Shown here: positions 38,906 through 47,915 of the stretch, one piece after another
Numbering within the stretch: the first letter of the stretch is position 1
Layout of the letters: every line of letters begins with the position of its first letter
Assembly: GCA_963778565.1 (NCBI GenBank)
Contig: CAVZUZ010000012.1
Location: 304,578-368,577, forward strand
Source of the DNA: Thermoanaerobaculaceae bacterium
GTDB lineage: Bacteria > Acidobacteriota > Thermoanaerobaculia > Multivoradales > UBA5704
DNA: 64,000 nt
Direction: 5' to 3'
Translations under genes and position numbers: made by a program
Notes under the pieces: model-generated
The model's database searches: none
Told to the model about the DNA's origin: nothing
Seen by the model: the letters and a program-made list of their open reading frames with translations, nothing else

Positions 38906-39358
38906 ATGGCAATGCCCGACTACCCGTCCATGCTCGCGGTGGCGATCGAGGAAGCCCGGCAAGGCCTGGCCGAAGGCGGCATTCCCATCGGCGCGGCCCT
39001 CTTCGACCGCCAGGGCCGCCTCCTCGGCAGAGGCCACAACCGGCGGGTGCAGGAAGGAGACCCCTCCGTCCACGGCGAGACCGACGCCTTCCGCAAGGCG
39101 GGCCGGCAGCGCACCTACCGCGACAAGATCATGGTCACCACGCTGGCGCCCTGCTGGTACTGCAGCGGCCTGGTACGGCAGTTCCGCATCGGCACCGTGG
39201 TGGTCGGCGAGTCGGTCAACTTCGCGGGCGGTCTCGACTGGCTGCGCGAGAGCGGCGTCGAGGTGATCGACCTCCACTCCGAGGAGTGCATCCGCCTCCT
39301 CGCCGGCTACATCGAAGCGCATCCCGAGGTGTGGAACGAGGACATCGGCGAGGAGTGA
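38906..39358 (+). CDS. CMP/dCMP-type zinc deaminase (cytosine/nucleoside deaminase, FCY1-like)
   Basis: AIEEARQGLAEGGIPIGAALF, VHGETDAF (HxE), TLAPCWYCSG (PCxxC). Confidence 0.82.
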   Translation: MAMPDYPSMLAVAIEEARQGLAEGGIPIGAALFDRQGRLLGRGHNRRVQEGDPSVHGETDAFRKAGRQRTYRDKIMVTTLAPCWYCSGLVRQFRIGTVVVGESVNFAGGLDWLRESGVEVIDLHSEECIRLLAGYIEAHPEVWNEDIGEE

Positions 39359-39387
39359 GCCACTCGCAGGACCGCGGTCAGGTTGAG

Positions 39388-39534
39388 CCTGACGACTTCC
39401 CTCCTCAACCTGATGACTTTCCTCGCGACGATGACGACTTTCCTCGTGACGCGGAAGACTTGCCTCGTGAAGGTGATGACTTTCTCCGTGGCGCGGAAGA
39501 CTTTCCACGTGACGAGGATGACTCTTCGCCGCGT
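39388..39534. repeat. Seven tandem 21-nt units (in one frame: acidic heptads xDDFPRD)
   Basis: cctgacgacttccctcctcaa / cctgatgactttcctcgcgac / gatgacgactttcctcgtgac / gcggaagacttgcctcgtgaa / ggtgatgactttctccgtggc / gcggaagactttccacgtgac / gaggatgactcttcgccgcgt. Confidence 0.8.
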
Positions 39535-39627
39535 ATGGTTGGGACCCGGGGATTTCGGATGAGGAGATCCTGGAGCGGTTGCTGGCGCTCAACTTGGAGC
39601 GGGTGGGATGATCGTCAAGGTTCAATC

Positions 39628-39921
39628 ATGAGCACTCTTGTTCTAGGATTTCTGATAGCCGCAGCAGTTGTCGTTGCCTTTTTTCTCTTGATCCGCTTCG
39701 AGGAGCCTATTAGGCATGGGGCCGTATGGACCACGTTTGGTTGTATTAGTTCGGCTCTTATCCTTTCGGGTCTCGCAATTGGTATTGGTTTGATAAAGTA
39801 CGGGGTCAAGAACGGCCAGGCTCTGATCGTGGCAATCGGCGTACTCATCGCGCTCGCTGGTGTGGTTTGCGGTGTCGGCCTATTCATCATTGCAAAAAAG
39901 GAAGAGTTGTGGAGGAGATGA
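39628..39921 (+). CDS. Small integral membrane protein (3 predicted TM helices) in a lower-GC patch
   Basis: MSTLVLGFLIAAAVVVAFFLLI..., CISSALILSGLAIGIGLI, ALIVAIGVLIALAGVVCGVGLFII. Local base composition is visibly AT-richer than the flanks. Confidence 0.6.
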   Translation: MSTLVLGFLIAAAVVVAFFLLIRFEEPIRHGAVWTTFGCISSALILSGLAIGIGLIKYGVKNGQALIVAIGVLIALAGVVCGVGLFIIAKKEELWRR

Positions 39922-40057
39922 TCGTCGGTCGCATGAGCTGAGCCGCCTGCCCCTGAAAAGCGAAGGCCCTGGCTTCTAAACTCGTTCGCTTGGAGGAGCT
40001 TGATTCCGTAACTGCGAGGCTTGTGCTATTCTTAGACATTCGTGAAAGGGATCTACT

Positions 40058-40306
40058 ATGGCCAAAAAGAGAGAGCCGGAACGGGTCACGTATCACGTCG
40101 TCTCGAATCACGGTGGTGGCTGGAACGTCAAGAAGGAGAACGCTCGGAGAGCGAGCGTTTCGGCGGACACCAAGCAGGAAGCCATCAATCGGGCCAGAGA
40201 GCTCGCCAAGGCGCAAGAGCTTGGCCAAGTCATCGTGCATCGCAGCGACGGCCTGATCCAGACTGAATGGACCTACGGGCAAGATCCCGAGAGGCATCGG
40301 GGATAA
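40058..40306 (+). CDS. DUF2188-domain protein
   Basis: YHVVSNHGGGWNVKKENARRASVSADTKQEAINRARELAK...IVHRSDGLIQTEWTYGQDP matches the recalled DUF2188 pattern. Confidence 0.7.
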   Translation: MAKKREPERVTYHVVSNHGGGWNVKKENARRASVSADTKQEAINRARELAKAQELGQVIVHRSDGLIQTEWTYGQDPERHRG

Positions 40307-40427
40307 GCCGTACCAAAAGGCATCCCGAGGGGCCGCACCCACCGCCGGCTCGACCAAGCGGTGTTCGCTGAATCTGGAGCGAGCGAGGCGAGTGTGTCTT
40401 CCGGGTCAGATGGCGGCGACGAAAGCC

Positions 40428-40634
40428 TCAGGATTCAGTCAATTCCGCGAGAGAGGGGGCGGTGGCAGCTGCGGCGCTCAGCTCGATGATCCTTCTTAGG
40501 GAATCGAGGGACGTCACTCGTTGCCGGGCTTCGTCGGGAAGAGGTCCGAATCGTTTTTCCAGCACTTCCATCAATACGGTGCGCCCCTCTTCCAAGTTCG
40601 CCTCGGCTTCCTCCGCCTTCCACTGATGACCCAC
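40428..40634 (-). CDS. DUF4351-domain small protein (second stand-alone copy)
   Basis: QWKAEEAEANLEEGRTVLMEVLEKRFGPLPDEARQRV..L. An in-frame TGA lies immediately upstream of GTG 40634. Confidence 0.6.
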   Translation of the reverse strand: MGHQWKAEEAEANLEEGRTVLMEVLEKRFGPLPDEARQRVTSLDSLRRIIELSAAAATAPSLAELTES

Positions 40635-40650
40635 TGCTTGACACGCTCAG

Positions 40651-40854
40651 CTAGCATGGATCTCCCATGCCGCGGAGCTCACCGACCATGGCGGACTGAG
40701 TCTCACCGACCTCCTCAGCTTCCAGATCGGTTATGGAAGCGGCTCCGAGATACAGTCGAATGGCGTCTTCCACGACCTCGCCGACGGTACGGTTCTGCGT
40801 CACGGCGAGATCTCGCAAATCTTTTTCCACCCGGGCAGACAGTTCGATCGTCAT
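40651..40854 (-). CDS. Ribbon-helix-helix (CopG-like) small protein, antitoxin-like
   Basis: MTIELSARVEKDLRDLAVTQNRTVGEVVEDAIRLYL is a typical RHH N-terminus. Confidence 0.55.
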   Translation of the reverse strand: MTIELSARVEKDLRDLAVTQNRTVGEVVEDAIRLYLGAASITDLEAEEVGETQSAMVGELRGMGDPC

Positions 40855-41032
40855 AGGTCACAGAGTACAGGCGCGCCAGAGTCGGTGCAAGCAGTGCCGC
40901 GCCGTTTTGCGGACCGGTCCGCATCGGCTACGGCGCGGGCTTCAGCTCCTAATTCTTTAGTTGATACCCGCGGCAGGCTCCGCTACACTCCTAGTCCCTT
41001 AGGAGTCAGGCGATCATCCGTGGAGGTTTCCC

Positions 41033-41215
41033 ATGAAGCGATGTCCAGTTCTTGTCCCTGCCGTCCTTTGTGTCCTTTCCGTCCTTGCCAGCGCCGCCGA
41101 GCCCCCAAACCTCGCCGGCAAGTGGCGCCCGGACCCGCATGGTGGGGAAGGCGAGAGCCTGGTGGTGGACTGGCGGATGGAGCGCGACGGCAAACCGATG
41201 ATCTGGGGCAAGCAG
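41033..41215 (+). pseudogene. N-terminal remnant of a secreted protein; its signal peptide is encoded by a family B half-element
   Basis: GGAGG-ATG, MKRCPVLVPAVLCVLSVLASAAEPPNLAGKW.... The frame then runs antisense into a permease remnant and becomes compositionally degenerate. Confidence 0.3.
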
Positions 41216-41386
41216 CCCGGCGCCGCCCAGCCTGGCCGCCACGCCGAACCAGTTGGTGCCGACCACCAGCAGCACCTGCGCCATCGCCAGATCGAACAGC
41301 CCCAGGCGCCGGACGAGACCGGTTTGACCGTCGGTTTGACCGTCGGTTTGACCGTTGGTACTGCCGCTGCGCGCCGGCTCGCTCAT
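41209..41386 (-). pseudogene. N-terminal remnant of an APC-family amino acid permease
   Basis: RRLGLFDLAMAQVLLVVGTNWFGVAARLGGAG resembles the first TM of the intact permease at 44123 (RRLTLFDATMIVVSGIIGSGIF). Contains a 12-nt x3 repeat (GQTDGQTDGQT). No continuation. Confidence 0.4.
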
Positions 41387-41559
41387 GGCCGGATCCCGGA
41401 GACCACGCCCCAGCCCAGCGGCGCGTCGAGCGCCGCGGCGCGGACGAGATCGAGCAGCGGCGTCAGGATCGGTCGTTCGCCGATCTGTTCACGGCGGCGA
41501 TGGAGGCCCACAGCCGGCCGGCGGCGCTCGCCTGGCCGCGCCATGTGCCGCTGGCTAAG

Positions 41560-41947
41560 CACCGCCGCCCGGCCGATCGTCATCCGCTGCGCCGCGCAAC
41601 GCGGGACGCCTGCGAACGGTTCGCCGCGGCGCGTGCCATCGCGCCGGACGTGCCCGAGATCGTCGCCGACCTCGGCCGCGTCCTGGCTCGGATCGGCCGC
41701 CCGCAGGAAGCTCGCGCCCTGCTGGCCGAGCTCGCGCCGGGTGGCGCTTTTCCCCACGCGCCGGCCTTCGGCCGCGCTCTCATCCATCTCGGTCTCGGGG
41801 ATTTCGATGCCTGCTTCGCGGAGCTGGAGGCGAGCCTCGAAGAGCGCTCCTGGTACGTCTCCTGGCTGCCCACGGCGCCGGTTCTCGATCCGTTGCGCGA
41901 AGATCCGCGCTTCGCCGATTTTGCTCCGCCGCTCGGGCCTCGGCTGA
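41560..41947 (+). pseudogene. C-terminal remnant of a TPR-type protein with a terminal frameshift
   Basis: ...LGRVLARIGRPQEARALLAELA...ALIHLGLGDFDACFAELEASLEERSWYVSWL...DPLREDPRFAD. The expected ending LLRRSGLG* lies in the adjacent frame (extra t in gatttt near 41925). No N-terminal part. Confidence 0.35.
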
Positions 41948-41960
41948 TCCCGGTTGGGCG

Positions 41961-43625
41961 TCAGCGCTTCTTGCGGACCTTCTCGTACTCGCGCTCGAAG
42001 CCCGGCAGGATGGCCTTGATAAAGGCGTTCGAGACCAGGCGGACGAAGATCTGCCAGGTGTCGGTGTTGGGGTCCTCGAGGGTGCCGGAGAGGTCGGCCA
42101 CGGTGGCGACCTGGTCGCGCGGCTGGTTCTCGAGCAGGTGGGAGAGCCCGCCGACGATCTTCTCGTAGATCTTCTTGAGCACCGGCTTTTCCTTGTCCTG
42201 CTTCGAGCTGTAGACGTCGATGTCCTTGAACAGCGGCTTGAGATAGCCGGTGATGCGGCCGTTGCGAACCTGCACCTCGGTATAGACGGAGAAGGTGCCC
42301 GCGGTGACGTCGAGCTTGCCGTAGGCGCGCAGCAGGTCGTTGATCGACGGCAGGCTGGCGTCCTCGATCACCAGCGCGAGATTGAAGTCCGGTCCCTTGC
42401 GGTCGTCGCGGAAGGTGGCGCTGCCGACGGCATGGCCGCTGCCCATGAAATTTCCCGTGAGGTTGGCCTTCGCCGGTCCCTGCCGGAAGCCGCTGGAGAG
42501 GTTGGTCACCTCGAAATCCGCGTCGTCCACGAAGACGCGGAAGCGGCGGTCCTTGGCCCAGCTCACCAGGCCGACGCGGCCGTCCACGATCGCGAAGCGG
42601 TCGATCCGCACCGGCACCTCGGGCTGCGGGTTTCTGGCGGCTTCGGCCACCTGGCGGCCACGCCTCTCCTCGGCGGCGGCGGTGGCCGGGCTGTGGACGT
42701 AGTCGAGATGGAGCTTGCGGACGGTGACGTCGGCTACATGCACGTCGCGGTGCCGCGGCCCGTACTCGAAGTCCCCGCGTGAGGAGAGGATGCCTCCCGA
42801 GAGCTTTAGGTTCGCGCGGTCGACGATCGGCCGCAGGCGGTCGAGCGGCACGTTCTCCACCCGGTAGACCGCCTGGAAGCCCGGATACGGCTCGGCCAGG
42901 AAATCGGCGTGGCCGTCGAGAACGCCGCGGCCGGTCCCGAAGATCACTCCGTCCGAGTGGATCGGTGAGGGATAGACGCGGTCGGCCGAGCGGATGTTGC
43001 GGATGTTCGCGGCGCGGAAGTTCCATCGCGAGATGTGCAGGGGACGCTCGGGATCGACGTCGATGTAGACGAGATCGCCCTCCCGCACCTCGACGAGGTT
43101 GAACTTCAAGGGATAGATCGACTCCAGGGCCTGCTGCCAGCCGCGGTCCTGGATGTCGATCCGGTCGCGGTCCTCCTGTCGGAGCTGCGGCAGGTTGACG
43201 TGAACGCGCGGGCGCTCGAAGGCGGCGTTGGCCACCAGGTGGCCGCGCAGAACCTCCCGCCATTCGACACTGGCGGTCAGCCGTGGAAGGTCCGCCACCG
43301 GCGGCTTTGGATGGGCGTTCTGCCGGATGAGCAGCCGCTCCAGGGTGAGCGACAACCCGAAGGGGCTCAGGTGGGCGCGCCCGACGCTGACGCTGTAGCC
43401 CTGAAGCCACTGGTTGATCTTCGCCTCCAGCGTGCGCCGGAGGTACTCGTCGAAGCGGCTGGCGACGAGCAGGACGAGCAAGGCGAGGGCCGCGACCAGC
43501 AGGATCCACAGCAGACCGCGCTGGCCGAGCGGTTCCCGGGAACGGCCTTTTTCCGGCTGTTTCGACGGCAGTTCCGGCTCCGGCCAGTCCTGCCGTTCCT
43601 TGGTTGCTGTTGCATGCCTGGCCAT
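41961..43625 (-). CDS. DUF748 (AsmA-like) membrane-anchored protein
   Basis: N-terminal TM LLWILLVAALALLVLLVA, then a long beta-rich region (LSLTLERLLIRQ..., VTNLSSGF.Q.PA...L.G.FMGSG). ATG 43625 chosen inside ORF 41961..43718. Confidence 0.65.
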   Translation of the reverse strand: MARHATATKERQDWPEPELPSKQPEKGRSREPLGQRGLLWILLVAALALLVLLVASRFDEYLRRTLEAKINQWLQGYSVSVGRAHLSPFGLSLTLERLLIRQNAHPKPPVADLPRLTASVEWREVLRGHLVANAAFERPRVHVNLPQLRQEDRDRIDIQDRGWQQALESIYPLKFNLVEVREGDLVYIDVDPERPLHISRWNFRAANIRNIRSADRVYPSPIHSDGVIFGTGRGVLDGHADFLAEPYPGFQAVYRVENVPLDRLRPIVDRANLKLSGGILSSRGDFEYGPRHRDVHVADVTVRKLHLDYVHSPATAAAEERRGRQVAEAARNPQPEVPVRIDRFAIVDGRVGLVSWAKDRRFRVFVDDADFEVTNLSSGFRQGPAKANLTGNFMGSGHAVGSATFRDDRKGPDFNLALVIEDASLPSINDLLRAYGKLDVTAGTFSVYTEVQVRNGRITGYLKPLFKDIDVYSSKQDKEKPVLKKIYEKIVGGLSHLLENQPRDQVATVADLSGTLEDPNTDTWQIFVRLVSNAFIKAILPGFEREYEKVRKKR

Positions 43626-43670
43626 ACCGTCAGGAGGTAGCAAGTCCGTTGCCAGGTTTACTGCCGGAAA

Positions 43671-43757
43671 CAAGGACAAAAGGGACAACAAGGACTTCAA
43701 GGACGAGGAACAAGTCATTCGCGTCCTTGGCGTCCTTGCTGTCCCTTTCGTCCTTGT
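43671..43757. repeat. Family B repeat, copy B3
   Basis: caaggacaaaagggacaacaaggacttcaaggacgaggaacaagtcattcgcgtccttggcgtccttgctgtccctttcgtccttg. Confidence 0.85.
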
Positions 43758-44122
43758 TTCGCTATCGCTCGCTGCAAAGAAGTAAGAGGTGAGGGGTCCG
43801 ACGGCACCGCGACGTTCCGGTTGAGGACCTGAACGGGATCAGGCCGTCGCCGGGATCTTTCCGACGGACACCACCGTCTAAGCGAAACAGAGACCCACCG
43901 CCGGCGTTCCGGCCATGGGTCGAGGACAACGCCAAGGTCGAAGAGGAGACCGCATTGGCGCAGGGTGATTGGCAGTGTTCCGAACTGGAGATCGGCGACC
44001 GGGCGTTCACACGCTGGCGCGACATCGAACCGCTATACCGGCGATGGGGGGACGATTTCGAGCCTTGAGACCCGTAGCGTGAGATAGACTCCCCGTGCCT
44101 CTTGCCAGCGGGGAGCCTCACC

Positions 44123-45475
44123 ATGACCGAACCGGCGAGCCCGGGATTCGCCCGGCGTCTGACGCTGTTCGACGCCACGATGATCGTCGTCAGCGGCATC
44201 ATCGGCTCGGGCATCTTCATCAATCCCTACGTGGTGGCGCAGAAGGTCGGCACGCCGTTCCTGATCCTCGGCGTGTGGCTGGCGGGCGGCGTCATCGCGC
44301 TCTTCGGCGCCTTCGTGTTCGCCGAGCTGAGCACGGTGATGCCGCGGGTCGGCGGCCAGTACGCCTTCTTCCGCGAAGCGTTCCATCCGCTGGCCGCCTT
44401 CCTCCACGGCTGGGCGTTGCTGCTCATCGTCCAGTCCGGAGCCACGGCGGCGGTGGCGGTGGCTTTCGCCCAGTACGTGGACCGGCTGTTCGCGCTGCCG
44501 GAGGGCGCCACGCCGTGGCTCGCCGCCGCCATCCTGCTCGTCCTCGCGAGCTTCCATGGCCTGGGCATCAAGCCCGGGGCGGTGCTGATCAACCTGATCA
44601 CCTTCACCAAGACGCTGGCGCTGGCGGCGCTCATCGTCGGCGCCTTCGTGCTGACGCGGGAGTCCGGCGTCACCTTCGAGCCGCTGACTCCACCGGGGCT
44701 CGGCGGGCTGCCGCTCCTCTCCGCCTTCTTCGCCGGGTTGGTGCCGGCCATGTTCGCCTACGGCGGCTGGCAGAGCCTCAACTACGTTTCAGAGGAGGTG
44801 CGGCAGCCGGAGCGCAACCTGCCGCGGGCGATCCTGATCGGCGTCTTCTGCGTCATCGCGGTCTACGTCTCGGCCAACGTCGCCTACGTCCACGTTCTCG
44901 GCGCGGAGGCCCTGGCCGCCACGCACACGCCGGCCGCGGACGTGGCGGCGCGCCTGATGGGAGAGAAGGGCGCCAAGGCCATCAGCCTGCTGATCGTGAT
45001 CTCGACCTTCGGCTTCCTGAACCTCTCCCTCCTCTCGGCGCCGCGGGTGTACTACGCGATGGCGGCGGACGGCCTTTTCTTCCGTTCGCTCGCCCGGCTC
45101 TCGCCGCGCTTCCGCGTGCCCACGGCGGCGATCCTGCTCCAGGGCGCCTTCGCCGCCTTCTACGCGCTCGCCAAGACCTATGACCGCCTGCTGAGTTATG
45201 CGGTCTTCGCGGACTGGATCTTCTTCGCCTTCTCCGGCATCGCGCTCCTCGTCTTCCGCCGCAAGCTGCCACAAGCGCCGCGGCCGTTTCCCACTCCGGG
45301 ATATCCCTGGATCCCGATCCTCTTCACGCTGGCCGGCGCGGGCATCGTCATCAACATCTTCTTCACCGATCCCGGCAACGCGCTGATGGGCGTGGCGATC
45401 TTTGCGTTGGGGGTGCCGGTGTATTTCCTCTGGCGGCGGAGAGCCCTTGTTCGCGGTCGTGGTCCGATAGAATAA
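44123..45475 (+). CDS. APC-family amino acid permease
   Basis: ~12 hydrophobic segments. LTLFDATMIVVSGIIGSGIF, FAELS..MPR.GG.Y, GGWQSLNYVSEE. Confidence 0.88.
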   Translation: MTEPASPGFARRLTLFDATMIVVSGIIGSGIFINPYVVAQKVGTPFLILGVWLAGGVIALFGAFVFAELSTVMPRVGGQYAFFREAFHPLAAFLHGWALLLIVQSGATAAVAVAFAQYVDRLFALPEGATPWLAAAILLVLASFHGLGIKPGAVLINLITFTKTLALAALIVGAFVLTRESGVTFEPLTPPGLGGLPLLSAFFAGLVPAMFAYGGWQSLNYVSEEVRQPERNLPRAILIGVFCVIAVYVSANVAYVHVLGAEALAATHTPAADVAARLMGEKGAKAISLLIVISTFGFLNLSLLSAPRVYYAMAADGLFFRSLARLSPRFRVPTAAILLQGAFAAFYALAKTYDRLLSYAVFADWIFFAFSGIALLVFRRKLPQAPRPFPTPGYPWIPILFTLAGAGIVINIFFTDPGNALMGVAIFALGVPVYFLWRRRALVRGRGPIE

Positions 45476-45492
45476 AGGCGAGGAGGTTCTCG

Positions 45493-45723
45493 GTGATCGA
45501 GCCCACCATCAAAGAGCAGATCCTGAAAGACCTGGACCGGCTGTCTCCCGAGGATCAACGGCGAGCGTTGGATCTGGTTCACAGTCTCGTCGCTCCTGCA
45601 CCCAAAGGAGCTTCGGTGGAGGATCTGCTCAGCCTCAGCGGCACGCTGGACAAGGAATCCGCTCGAGAGATGAGGGAGGCTATCGAAGAGCACTGTGAGC
45701 GGATTGATCCCTGTGATTGGTAG
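45493..45723 (+). CDS. Type II antitoxin (VapB-like partner of the PIN toxin)
   Basis: 76-codon ORF, GGAGG before GTG 45493, overlaps the PIN gene start. Confidence 0.6.
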   Translation: MIEPTIKEQILKDLDRLSPEDQRRALDLVHSLVAPAPKGASVEDLLSLSGTLDKESAREMREAIEEHCERIDPCDW

Positions 45724-46102
45724 ATTCCTCCTCGACACCAACGTCGCCATCGCCATCCTCGAGAAGGAAGTTGATCTCGAACAGCACCTTGGCGGTGAAA
45801 TCGAAATCTTCCTGAATACGGTCGTCGCGGGAGAGCTTTTCTTCGGCGCCGAGAAGTCGCGACGGGTCGATGAGAACGTTGCCCGTGTGCGTGCGCTCGC
45901 TTTACGCTGCCCTGTGCTCCCATGTGACTTGGAGACAGCCCGCCACTATGGCGCTGTCAAGCACCTCCTCTCCAGGAAGGGGAGACCGATTCCCGAGAAC
46001 GACATCTGGATTGCGGCCTCCGCGCGACAGTACGGATTGACCCTTGTTACCAGGGACGGTCACTTCGACTCCGTAGACGATTTGAAGGTCGAGCGCTGGT
46101 AA
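45713..46102 (+). CDS. vapC: PIN-domain ribonuclease toxin
   Basis: FLLDTNVAIAIL (first acidic residue), VVAGELFFGA, ENDIWIAASA, LVTRDGHF are the PIN acidic quartet positions. Confidence 0.85.
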   Translation: MIGRFLLDTNVAIAILEKEVDLEQHLGGEIEIFLNTVVAGELFFGAEKSRRVDENVARVRALALRCPVLPCDLETARHYGAVKHLLSRKGRPIPENDIWIAASARQYGLTLVTRDGHFDSVDDLKVERW

Positions 46103-46111
46103 GCTCGGAGC

Positions 46112-46341
46112 ATGTCGAAAGAAGAAGTCTTCCGCGCCGCGCTTTCCCTTCCCGAGGAGGCGAGGGCCGAGCTTGCAGACCGGCTCTACGAAAGCCTCGG
46201 GGAGACCCGCGATCAGGAAGAGTGGACCGGCTCTGGGGGCGAGAGGCAGAGGATCGCATTGCCGCCTATGAGAGAGGTGAGCTCGCTGAGATTCCTGGCG
46301 ACGAAGTCTTTGCTTCGCTGAAGTTTCGCCCCAAGTCCTGA
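46112..46341 (+). pseudogene. Addiction-module antitoxin (TIGR02574-like) with a frameshift near 46215-46225; no partner toxin
   Basis: MSKEEVFRAALSLPEEARAELADRLYESL in frame 46112. The expected C-terminus REAEDRIAAYERGELAEIPGDEVFASLKFRPKS* is in the next frame. Confidence 0.6.
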
Positions 46342-46428
46342 AAACCCCCAAGAAGTAGGTCCTCGAAAAAAGCGCGATCCGGGGTCTTGACAATCAAGAC
46401 CTTTTTGGTCCAGGATGTTCTACATAAA

Positions 46429-46445
46429 TTGAGATTAAGTCTCAA
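46429..46445. promoter_or_regulatory. 7-1-7 inverted repeat, possible Fur-type metalloregulator operator
   Basis: TTGAGATTAAGTCTCAA inside an AT-rich patch (tacataaattgagattaagtctcaataagg) upstream of the iron-uptake genes. Resembles the TGATAAT-N-ATTATCA geometry. Confidence 0.3.
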
Positions 46446-46708
46446 TAAGGTTGGGAATCAGAAGGTCGGGATCGAAAAGGCGAGGGCGGTAACCGGATTC
46501 GCTGGGGAGCAGGCCGGTCACCGCCCTGGGATATGGACTCCGCCGCCGCGGAACACGCGGGGGCTTTGACCACGGGGGTAGTATACATGAAGCCCTGGCC
46601 TGGCCTCGGGCTGCGGTGCCCTCTCCGTTTACCCCTCGGCATCTTTTCCTGTCTGTTCCATGACCCCGCGATTTCTCATCGCGCGCCGGCCGTGCGAGCT
46701 CCAGAGCC

Positions 46709-47915
46709 ATGAACGGACGGTTCCGCGAGGTCATCTTCTGGCTTCACCTCGCCGCAGGCCTCGGTGTAGGGAGCGTGGTCTTCATCATGTCGGCGACCGG
46801 CGTGCTGTTGATGTACGAGCGGCAGATCACCGACTGGGCCCACCGCGGCTACCGCTCGGCCCCGCCCGCGCCCGGCGCTTCGCGGCTCTCGACGGAGACC
46901 TTGCTCGCCGCGGTGTTGGCGGCGCGGCCTGGCGCTGCTCCGACGAGCCTGGCGATGCAGGCCGATCCCGCAGCGCCCGCCGCGGTCAGCCTGGGGCGGG
47001 AGCACACGCTCTACCTGAATCCCTACAGTGGCCAGATTCTCGGCGAAGGCTCGTCGCGGGTGCGGGCGTTCTTTCGCGCCGTCACGGCTTGGCACCGCTG
47101 GCTGGGAACGGGCGAGGAGAACCGGGCCATCGGCCGCGCGATCACCCGCGCTTGCAATCTCGGGTTCCTGATCCTCGTCGTCTCCGGTCTCTATCTCTGG
47201 ATGCCGCGGAAGTGGACCTGGCCGCAGGTGAGGAACGTGACGTGGTTCCGGCGGGGTCTTGCGGGCAAAGCTCGCGACTTCAACTGGCACAACGTCATCG
47301 GCCTCTGGGCATGGCTGCCGCTCGTGCTCGTCGTGCTCACCGGCGTGATCCTGTCCTATCGCTGGGCTAACGACCTTCTCTTCCGTCTGGCCGGAGAAGA
47401 ACCGCCGCCGGCACGCCAGGGTCCCGGCGGTTCTGGCGGGCGTGGCCGCCCGGAGCGAGGCGGCGACCGCATGGCGCGGACGGAGGCTCTCGAGCCTCGA
47501 CGGTCTCGACGAGCTGTGGACGCTGGCGGAGCGGCGGGTGACGGGTTGGCAAAGCATCACCATGCGGCTCCCGGACGAAGCCGACGCTCCCGTGGCCTTC
47601 ACGATCCTGCGCGGTCACCGCGGCCGGCCCGACCTGCGCGCGCAACTCTCGCTGGAACGCGGCAGCGGCGCGGTCATGAGCTGGGAGCCCTATTCGGGCC
47701 AGGGCCTCGGCCGCCGGCTGCGCTCTTGGTCGCGGTGGGTTCACACCGGCGAGGCCGGAGGCTTCATCGGCCAGACGATCGCCGGCCTCGCCGCGGCCGG
47801 CGCGACCGTGCTCGTGTGGACCGGTTGGGCCATGGCCTGGCGGCGGTTCTTCCCGGGAAAACGAAAGACCGTCCGTTCAGAAAACGATGCACGGCTTGTG
47901 AGGGAGGTGTCATGA
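46709..47915 (+). pseudogene. PepSY-associated TM protein (PiuB-like), frameshifted near 47415-47445
   Basis: N-part in ORF 46709.. (FREVIFWLHLAAGLGVG...MYERQI, AWHRWLG...). C-part in ORF 47442..47915 (LDELWTLAERRVTGWQSITMRLP..., WVHTGEAGGFIGQ). Confidence 0.7.

Noticed and set aside
43793-44068. A 91-codon open frame ending ...PAFRPWVEDNAKVEEETALAQGDWQCSELEIGDRAFTRWRDIEPLYRRWGDDFEP* that looks protein-like, upstream of the permease gene.
   Set aside because: It has no ATG/GTG/TTG start in frame after the upstream TGA and no motif I can assign. It is probably another gene remnant and was not reported as a feature.
46450-46708. Cobalamin or other riboswitch in the long leader before the TonB-dependent receptor locus.
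   Set aside because: No B12-box-like AGYCMGGNGACC motif or other riboswitch core that I can recognise. Only a simple hairpin is present.
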